NCBI GenBank assembly: GCA_043228905.1
Contig: JBHGNT010000016.1
Location: 186,001-250,000, forward strand
Length of the DNA stretch: 64,000 nucleotides
Direction of reading: 5' to 3'
Origin: Azolla caroliniana
Lineage: Eukaryota; Plantae; Polypodiophyta
The notes below the pieces were generated by a model. That model searched no databases and was not told the origin of the DNA. It saw only the letters and a list, made by a program, of their open reading frames with translations. Both the position numbers and the translations under genes were made by a program. Positions 50,701-61,231 of this stretch are shown here, piece after piece; position 1 is the first letter of the stretch, and every line of letters begins with the position of its first letter.

Positions 50701-53700
50701 TTACCTACTAGCGCTTCTCAACTCCCTCCTCAAATTACTTAATTTCTTCATGTCTCTCGACCTGAGTTTCAAAATCTTGATTTTTTAATTCCATATAAGA
50801 GCTAGCGTTGTTAGCTTCGATTGCCATGTTTGAACATAAAAATCCGATATCACACGAGCAAGGTATGAACATTTTAATTTACATTCTAGCGCTTGTCAAC
50901 TCCCTCCTCAAATTTGTTAATTTCTTCATGTCTCTCGACCTGAGTTTCAAAATCTTGATTTTTCAATTCCATATCAGAGCTATCGTTGTTAGCTTCGATT
51001 CGCATGTTTGAACACAAAAATCCGATATCACAAGAGCCTGGTATGAACATTTTAATTTACTAACGCGCTCTTCTCCACTACGTCCTAAATCCGATACCAC
51101 ACGAGCCACGTATGAACATTTTAATTTACCTACTAGCGCTTGTCAACTCCCTCCTCAAATTACTTAATTTCTTCATGTCTCTCGACCTGAGTTTCAAAAT
51201 CTTGATTTTTTTATTGCATATCAGAGCTAGCGTTGTTAGCTTCGATTCGCATGTTTGAACACAGAAATCCGATATCACACGAGCCTTGGATGAATATTTT
51301 AATTTACTAACGCGCTCTTCTCCACTACGTCCTCAAATTTGCTAATTTCTTCATGTCTCTCGACTTGAGTTTCAAAATCTTGATTTTTCAATTCCATATC
51401 AGAGCTACCGTTGTTAGCTTCGATTCGCAAGTTTGAACACAAAAATCCGATATCACACGAGCGTGGTATGAACCTTTTCATTTACTAACGCGCTCTTCTC
51501 CACTACCTCCTCAAATTTGCTAATTTCTTCATGTCTCTCGACCTGAGTTTCAAAATCTTGATTTTTTAATTCCATATCAGAGCTAGTGTTGTTAGCTTCG
51601 ATTCGCATGTTTGAACACCAAAATTCATTATCACACGAGCCAGGTATGAACATTTTAATTTACTAACGCGCTCTTCTCCACTACCTCCTGAAATTTGCTA
51701 ATTTCTTCATGTCTCTCGGCCTGAGTTTGAAAATCTTGATTTTTTAATTCTATATCAGAGCCAGCGTTGTTAGCTTCGATTCGCATGTTTGAACATAAAA
51801 ATCCGATATCACACGAGCCAGGTATGAACATTTTAATTTACCTACTAGCGCTTGTCAACTCCCTCCTAAAATTTGCTAATTTCTTCATGTCTCTCGACCT
51901 GAGTTTCAACATCTTGATTTTTCGATTCCATATCAGAGTTAACGTTGTTAGCTTCGATTCGCATGTTTGAACACAAAAATCCGATACCACACGAGCCACG
52001 TATGAACATTTTAATTTACCTACTAGCGCTTGTCAACTCCCTCCTCAAATTACTTAATTTCTTCATGTCTCTCGGCCTGAGTTTGAAAATCTTGATTTTT
52101 TAATTCTATATCAGAGCCAGCGTTGTTAGCTTCGATTCGCATGTTTGAACATAAAAATCCGATATCACACGAGCCAGGTATGAACATTTTAATTTACCTT
52201 CTAGCGCTTGTCAACTCCCTCCTCAAATTTGCTAATTTCTTCATGTCTCTCGACCTGAGTTTCAAAATCTTGATTTTTTAATACCATATCAGAGCTAGCG
52301 TTGTTAGCTTCGATTCGCATGTTTGAACACAGAAATCCGATATCACACGAGCCTTGGATGAATATTTTAATTTACTAACGCGCTCTTCTCCACTACGTCC
52401 TCAAATTTGCTAATTTCTTCATGTCTCTCGACTTGAGTTTCAAAATCTTGATTTTTCAATTCCATATCAGAGCTACCGTTGTTAGCTTCGATTCGCAAGT
52501 TTGAACACAAAAATCCGATATCACACGAGCGTGGTATGAACCTTTTCATTTACTAACGCGCTCTTCTCCACTACCTCCTCAAATTTGCTAATTTCTTCAT
52601 GTCTCTCGACCTGAGTTTCAAAATCTTGATTTTTTAATTCCATATCAGAGCTAGTGTTGTTAGCTTCGATTCGCATGTTTGAACACCAAAATTCATTATC
52701 ACACGAGCCAGGTATGAACATTTTAATTTACTAACGCGCTCTTCTCCACTACCTCCTGAAATTTGCTAATTTCTTCATGTCTCTCGGCCTGAGTTTGAAA
52801 ATCTTGATTTTTTAATTCTATATCAGAGCCAGCGTTGTTAGCTTCGATTCGCATGTTTGAACATAAAAATCCGATATCACACGAGCCAGGTATGAACATT
52901 TTAATTTACCTACTAGCGCTTGTCAACTCCCTCCTAAAATTTGCTAATTTCTTCATGTCTCTCGACCTGAGTTTCAACATCTTGATTTTTCGATTCCATA
53001 TCAGAGTTAACGTTGTTAGCTTCGATTCGCATGTTTGAACACAAAAATCCGATACCACACGAGCCACGTATGAACATTTTAATTTACCTACTAGCGCTTG
53101 TCAACTCCCTCCTCAAATTACTTAATTTCTTCATGTCTCTCGGCCTGAGTTTGAAAATCTTGATTTTTTAATTCTATATCAGAGCCAGCGTTGTTAGCTT
53201 CGATTCGCATGTTTGAACATAAAAATCCGATATCACACGAGCCAGGTATGAACATTTTAATTTACCTTCTAGCGCTTGTCAACTCCCTCCTCAAATTTGC
53301 TAATTTCTTCATGTCTCTCGACCTGAGTTTCAAAATCTTGATTTTTTAATACCATATCAGAGCTAGCGTTGTTAGCTTCGACTCGCAAGTTTGAACACAA
53401 AATTCCGATATCACACGAGCCAGGTATGAACATTTTAATATACTAACGCGCTCTTCTCCACTACCTCCTAAAATTTGCTAATTTCTTCATGTCTCTCGAC
53501 CTGAGTTTCAACATCTTGATTTTTCGATTCCATATCAGAGTTAACGTTGTTAGCTTCGATTCGCATGTTTGAACACAAAAATCCGATACCACACGAGCCA
53601 CGTATGAACATTTTAATTTACCTACTAGCGCTTGTCAACTCCCTCCTCAAATTACTTAATTTCTTCATGTCTCTCGGCCTGAGTTTGAAAATCTTGATTT

Positions 53701-56700
53701 TTTAATTCTATATCAGAGCCAGCGTTGTTAGCTTCGATTCGCATGTTTGAACATAAAAATCCGATATCACACGAGCCAGGTATGAACATTTTAATTTACC
53801 TTCTAGCGCTTGTCAACTCCCTCCTCAAATTTGCTAATTTCTTCATGTCTCTCGACCTGAGTTTCAAAATCTTGATTTTTTAATACCATATCAGAGCTAG
53901 CGTTGTTAGCTTCGACTCGCAAGTTTGAACACAAAATTCCGATATCACACGAGCCAGGTATGAACATTTTAATATACTAACGCGCTCTTCTCCACTACCT
54001 CCTAAAATTTGCTAATTTTTTCTTGTCTCTCAACCTGAGTTTCAAAATCTTGATTTTTTTATTCCATATCGGAGCTAGCGTTGTTAGCTTCGATTCGCAT
54101 GTTTGAACACAAAAATCCGATACCACACGAGCCACGTATGAACATTTTAATTTACCTACTAGCGCTTGTCAACTCCCTCCTCAAATTACTTAATTTCTTC
54201 ATGTCTCTCGACCTGAGTTTCAAAATCTTGATTTTTTAATTCCATATAAGAGCTAGCGTTGTTAGCTTCGATTGCCATGTTTGAACATAAAAATCCGATA
54301 TCACACGAGCCAGGTATGAACATTTTAATTTACATTCTAGCGCTTGTCAACTCCCTCCTCAAATTTGTTAATTTCTTCATGTCTCTTGACCTGAGTTTCA
54401 AAATCTTGATTTTTTTATTGCATATCAGAGCTAGCGTTGTTAGCTTCGATTCGCATGTTTGAACACAGAAATCCGATATCACACGAGCCACGTATGAACA
54501 TTTTAATTTACCCACTAGCGCTTGTCGACTCCCTCCTCAAATTTGCTAATTTCTTCATGTCTCTCGACCTGAGTTTCAAAATCTTGGTTTTTTAATTCCA
54601 TAACAGAGCTAGTGCTGTTAGCTTCGATTCGCATGTTTGAACACAAAAATCCGATATCACACGAGCCACGTATGAACATTTTAATTTACCTACTAGCGCT
54701 TGTTAACTTCCTCCTCAAATTTGCTAATTTCTTCATATCTCTCGACCTGAGTTTCAAAATCTTTATTTTATAATTCCATATCAGAGCTAGCGTTTTTAGC
54801 TTCGATTCGCATGTTTAAACACAGAAATCCAATATCACACGAGCGTGGTATGAAGATTTGCTAACGCGCTCTTCTCCACTACGTCCTAACATTTGCGAAT
54901 TTCTTCATGTCTCTCGACCTGAGTTTCAAAATCTTGATTTTTCAATTCCATATCAGAGCTAGCGTTGTTAACTTCGATTCGCATCTTTGAACACAAAAAT
55001 CCGATATCATACGAGCTACGTATGAACATTTTAATTTACCTACTAGCGCTTGTCAACACCCTCCTCAAATTTGCTAATTTCTTCATGTCTCTCGACCTGA
55101 GTTTCAAAATCTTGATTTTTCAATTCCATATCAGAGCTAGCGTTGTTAGCTTCGATTCGCATGTTTGAACACAAACATCCGATATCACACGAGCCACGTA
55201 TGAACATTTTAATTTACCTACTAGCTCTTGTCAACTACCTCCTGAAATTTGCTAATTTCTTCATGTCTCTCGACCTGAGTTTCAAAATCTTGATTTTTTA
55301 ATTCCATATCAGAGCTAGCGTTGTTAGCTTCGATTCGCATTTTTGAACAAAAAAATCCGATATCACACGAGCCACGTATGAACATTTTAATTTACCTACT
55401 AGCTCTTGTCAACTCCCACTTGAAATTTGCTAATTTCTTCATGTCTTTCGACCTGAGTTTCAAAATCTGGATTTTTTAATTCCATATCAGAGCTAGTGTT
55501 GTTAGCTTCGATTCGCATGTTTGAACACAAAAATTCATTATCACACGAGCCAAGTATGAACATTTTAATTTACTAACGCGCTCTTCTCCACTACCTCCTG
55601 AAAGTTGCTAATTTCTTCATGTCTCTCGGCCTGAGTGTGAAAATCTTGATTTTTTAATTCTATATCAGAGCCAGCGTTGTTAGCTTCGATTCGCATGTTT
55701 GAACATAAAAATCCGATATCACACGAGCCAGGTATGAACATTTTAATTTACCTTCTAGCGCTAGCGTTTTTAATACCATATCAGAGCTAGCGTTGTTAGC
55801 TTCGATTCGCAAGTTTGAACACAAAAATCCGATATCACACGAGCCAGGTATGAACATTTTAATATACTAACGCGCTCTTCTCCACTACCTCCTAAAATTT
55901 GCTAATTTTTTCTTGTCTCTCAACCTGAGTTTCAAAATCTTGATTATTTTATTCCATATCAGAGCTAGCGTTGTTAGCTTCGATTCGCATGTTTGAACAC
56001 AAAAATCCGATATCACACGAGCCTGGTATGAACATTTTAATTTACGAACGCGCTCTTCTCCACTACGTCCTCAAATTTGCTAATTTCTTCATGTCTCTCG
56101 ACCTGAGTTTCAAAATGTTGATTTTTTAATTCCATATCAGAGCTAGCGTTGTTAGCTTCGATTCGCATGTTTGAACACAAAAATCCGATATCACACGACC
56201 GTGGTATGAACATTTTAATTTACTAACGGGCTCTTCTCCACTACCTACTCAAATTTGCTAATTTTTCATGTCTCTCGACTTGAGTTTCAAAATCTTGATT
56301 TTTCAATTCCATATCAGAGCTAGCGTTGTTAGCTTCGATTCGCATGTTTGAACACAAAAATCCGATATCACACGAGCCACGGATTAATATTTTAATTTAC
56401 CTACTAGCATTTGTGAACTCCCTCCTCAAATTTGCTAATTTCTTCATGTCTCTCGACCTGAGTTTCAAAATCTTGATTTTTCAATTCCATATTAGAGCTA
56501 GCGTTGTTAGCTTTGATTCGCATGTTTGAACACAAAAATCCGATATCACACGAGCCACGCATGAATATTTTAATTTACCTACTAGCGCTTGTCAACTCCC
56601 TCCTCAAATTTGCTAATTTCTTCATGTCTCTCGACCTGAGTTTCAAAATCTTGATTTTTTAATTCCATAACATAGCTAGTGCTGTTAGCTTCGATTCGCA

Positions 56701-59700
56701 TGTTTGAACACAAAAATCCGATATCACACGAGCCACGTATGAACATTTTAATTTCTTCATGTCTCTAGACGTGAGTTTCAAAATCTTCTCAACTACCTCC
56801 TGAAATTTGCTAATTTCTTCATGTCTCTAGACCTGAGTTTCAAAATCTTGATCTTTTAATTCCAAATCAGAGCTAGCGTTGTTAGCTTCAATTCACATGT
56901 TTGAACACAAAAATCCGATATCACACGAGCCTGGTATGAACATTTTAATTTACCTACTAGCTCTTGTCAACTGCCTCCTCAAATTTGCTAATTTATTCAT
57001 GTCGCACGACCTGAGTTTCAAAATCTTGATTTTTCAATTCCATATCAGAGCTAGCGTTGTTAGCTTCGATTCGCATGTTTGAACACAAAAATCCGATACC
57101 ACACGAGCCACGTATGAACATTTTAATTTACCTACTAGCGCTTGTCAACTCCCTCCTCAAATTACTTAATTTCTTCATGTCTCTCGACCTGAGTTTCAAA
57201 ATCTTGATTTTTTAATTCCATATAAGAGCTAGCGTTGTTAGCTTCGATTGCCATGTTTGAACATAAAAATCCGATATCACACGAGCCAGGTATGAACATT
57301 TTAATTTACCTTCTAGCGCTTGTCAACTCCCTCCTCAAATTTGTTAATTTCTTCATGTCTCTTGACCTGAGTTTCAAAATCTTGATTTTTTTATTGCATA
57401 TCAGAGCTAGCGTTGTTAGCTTCGATTCGCATGTTTGAACACAGAAATCCGATATCATACGAGCCACGTATAAACATTTTAATTTACCCACTAGCGCTTG
57501 TCGACTCCCTCCTCAAATTTGCTAATTTCTTCATGTCTCTCGACCTGAGTTTCAAAATCTTGGTTTTTTAATTCCATAACAGAGCTAGCGTTGTTAGCTT
57601 CGATTCGCATGTTTGAACACAAAAATCCGATATCACACGAGCCACGGATGAACATTTTAATTTACCTACTAGCGCTTGTTAACTTCCTCCTCAAATTTGC
57701 TAATTGTTCATATCTCTCGACCTGAGTCTCAAAATCTTTATTTTATAATTCCATATCAGAGCTAGCGTTTTTAGCTTCTATTCGCATGTTTAAACACAGA
57801 AATCCGATATCACACGAGCGTGGTATGAACATTTGCTAACGCGCTCTTCTCCACTACCTCCTAACATTTGCGAATTTCTTCATGTCTCTCGACCTGAGTT
57901 TCAAAATCTTGATTTTTCAATTCCATATCAGAGCTAGCGTTGTTAACTTCGATTCGCATCTTTGAACACAAAAATCCGATATGATACGAGCTACGTATGA
58001 ACATTTTAATTTACCTACTAGCGCTTGTCAACACCCTCCTCAAATTTGCTAATTTCTTCATGTCTCTCGACCTGAGTTTCAAAATCTTGATTTTTCAATT
58101 CCATATCAGAGCTAGCGTTGTTAGCTTCGATTCGCATGTTTGAACACAAACATCCGATATCACACGAGCCACGTATGAACATTTTAATTTACCTACTAGC
58201 TCTTGTCAACTACCTCCTGAAATTTGCTAATTTCTTCATGTCTCTCGACCTGAGTTTCAAAATCTTGATTTTTTAATTCCATATCAGAGCTAGCGTTGTT
58301 AGCTTCGATTCGCATTTTTGAACAAAAAAATCCGATATCACACGAGCCACGTATGAACATTTTAATTTACCCACTAGCGCTTGTCGACTCCCTCCTCAAA
58401 TTTGCTAATTTCTTCATGTCTCTCGACCTGAGTTTCAAAATCTTGGTTTTTTAATTCCATAACAGAGCTAGCATTTTTAGTTTCGATTCGCATGTTTGAA
58501 CACAAAAATCCGATATCACATGAGCCACGTATGAACATTTTAATTTACCTACTAGCTCTTCTCCACTACCTCCTCAAATTTGCTAATTTCTTCATGTCTC
58601 TCAACCTAAGTTTAAAAATCTTGATTTTTCTATTCCATATCAGAGCTAGCGTTTTTAGCCTGGATTCGCACGAGCTAGGTATGAACATTTTAATTTACTA
58701 ACGCGCTCTTCTCCACTACCTCCTAAAATTTTCTAATTTCTTCATGTCTCTCGACCTGAGTTTCAAAATCTTGATTTTTTAATTCCATATCAGAGCTAGC
58801 GTAGTTAGCTTCGATTCACATGTTTGAACACAGAAATCCGATATCACACGAGCCACGTATGAACATTTTAATTTACCTACTAGCATTTGTCAACTCCCTC
58901 CTCAAATTTGCTAATTTCTTCATGTCTCTCGACCTGAGTTTCAAAATCTTGATTTTTCAATTCCATATTAGAGCTTCGATTCGCATGTTTGAACATAAAA
59001 ATCCGATATCATACGAGCCAGGTATGAACCTTTTAATTTACCTACTAGCGCTTGTCAACTCCCTCCTCAAATTTGCTAATTTCTTCATGTCTCTCGACCT
59101 GAGCTACAAAATCTTGATTTTTTAATTCCGTAACATAGCTAGCGCTGTTAGCTTCGATTCACATGTTTGAACACAAAAATCCGATATCACACGAGCCACG
59201 GATGAACATTTTAATTTCCCTACTAGCGCTTGTCAACTCCCTCCTCAAATTTGGTAATTTCTTCATGTCTCTCGACCTGAGTTTCAACATCTTGATTTTT
59301 TAATACCATATCAGAGGTAGCGTTGTTAGCTTCGATTCACATGTTTGAACACAAAAATCTGATATCACACGAGCCTGGTATGAACATTTTAATTTACCTA
59401 CTAGCTCTTGTCAACTCCCACCTGAAATTTGCTAATTTCTTCACGTCTCTCGACCTGACTGTCAAAATCTTGATTTTTTAATTCCATATCAGAGCTAGCG
59501 TTGTTAGCTTCGATTCGCATGTTTGAACACAGAAATCCGATATCACACGAGCCTGGTATGAATATTTTAATTTACTAACGCGCTCTTCTCCACTACCTCC
59601 TAACATTTGCGAATTTCTTCATGTCTCTCGACCTCAGTTTCAAAATCATGATTTTTCAATTCCATATCAGTGCTAGCGTTGTTAGCTTCGATTCGCATGG

Positions 59701-60760
59701 TTGAACACAAAAATCCGATATCACACGAGCCTTGTATGAACATTTTAATTTACTAACGCGCTCTTATCCACTACGTCCTCATATTTGCTAATTTCTTCAT
59801 GTCTCTCGACCTGAGTTTCAAAATCTTGATTTTTCAATTCCATATCAGTGCTAGCGTTGTTAGCTTCGATTCGCAAGTTTGAACACAAAAATCCGATATC
59901 ACACGACCGTGGTATGAACATTTTAATTTACTAACGGGCTCTTCTCCACTACCTCCTCAAATTTGCTAATTTTTCATGTCTCTCGACTTGAGTTTCAAAA
60001 TCTTGATTTTTCAATTCCATATCAGAGCTAGCGTTGTTAGCTTCGATTCGCATGTTTGAACACAGAAATCCGATATCACACGAGCCACGTATTAATATTT
60101 TAATTTACCTACTAGCATTTGTCAACTCCCTCCTCAAATTTGCTAATTTCGTCATGTCTCTCGACCTGAGTTTCAAAATCTTGATTTTTCAATTCCATAT
60201 TAGAGCTTCGATTCGCATGTTTGAACATAAAAATCCGATATCATACGAGCCAGGTATGAACCTTTTAATTTACCTACTAGCGCTTGTCAACTCCCTCCTC
60301 AAATTTGCTAATTTCTTCATGTCTCTCGACCTGAGCTACAAAATCTTGATTTTTTAATTCCGTAACATAGCTAGCGTTGTTAGCTTCGATTCACATGTTT
60401 GAACACAAAAATCCGATATCACACGAGCCACGGATGAACATTTTAATTTACCTACTAGCGCTTGTCAACTCCCTCCTCAAATTTGCTAATTTCTTCATGT
60501 CTCTCGACCCGAGTTTCAAAATCTTGATTTTTTAATACCATATCAGAGCTAGCGTTGTTAGATTCGATTCCCATGTTTGAACACAAAAATCTGATATCAC
60601 ACGAGCCTGGTATGAACATTTTAATTTACCTACTAGCTCTTGTCAACTCCCACCTGACATTTGCTAATTTCTTCACGTCTCTCGACCTGACTTTCAAAAT
60701 CTTGATTTTTTAATTCCATATCAGAGCTAACGTTGTTAGCTTCGATTCGCATGTTTGAAC
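29753..60760 (+). repeat. 178-bp satellite array, segment 3 (~174 monomers; ATATCAGAG subfamily, more heterogeneous)
   Basis: Continuous 178-bp period in the same orientation as segments 1 and 2. Confidence 0.98.
33436..40180 (+). repeat. 14-monomer higher-order repeat (2486 bp), ~2.7 tandem copies
   Basis: Identical ORF-track peptides at 34169/36655/39141 and 34875/37361/39847; 14x178-6=2486. Boundaries are approximate. Confidence 0.9.
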
Positions 60761-61180
60761 TGTTACCGGCCGGCAAGGAGTCCAAAATACGGAGTGAAGG
60801 AATTAATTAGATATGGTTGTAAATGAGCATAGTGTGGACGGACGGACTAGAAACGGTATGCCGTTCCAGATCCGGACGGATCCCGAATAGGTGCGAGAGG
60901 CACCGTTTTGTACTACGGGCCGGAAACCTATTTAAAGGCCCGGACCCCATTGTAATGACAGCGGATAATTAATAGAGCTTATGATGTTTATACTTCTGTC
61001 TTGATTTCCGTTCTGTAATCACTGTTCTATCTTACGCGTGTAATTAACCAAAGCAATCTAATCGTGTAACCTACGTAAGTCGGTGTAATCGTTGAATCTT
61101 AATCCTATGCCGTAATCACCCTTTGGTGAAGTGTCTCCGTGACACCTTGTGTTAGGCCTTGTCCGGCTAAGAGAATAACA
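60761..61180 (+). repeat. 5' LTR of the third element (~420 bp; end could be 61182)
   Basis: TGTTA...TAACA terminal inverted repeat; TATTTAAA at 60929-60936; PBS follows. Confidence 0.78.
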
Positions 61181-61186
61181 CAGTTT

Positions 61187-61198
61187 TGGCGACCACGA
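61187..61198 (+). promoter_or_regulatory. Primer-binding site, probably tRNA-Arg
   Basis: TGGCGACCACGA, complementary to a ...GTGGTCG-CCA tRNA-Arg(UCG)-type 3' end. Confidence 0.72.
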
Positions 61199-61231
61199 TT
61201 CCTGCTTTCTCGCAGCGAACGACGGTAATGG

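Noticed and set aside
413-60357. Dozens of 60-146 aa ORFs (MELKNQ..., MFEHKN..., MLASIR...)
   Set aside because: Chance open frames of the satellite monomer; they appear and vanish with single-base variants and contain no domains.
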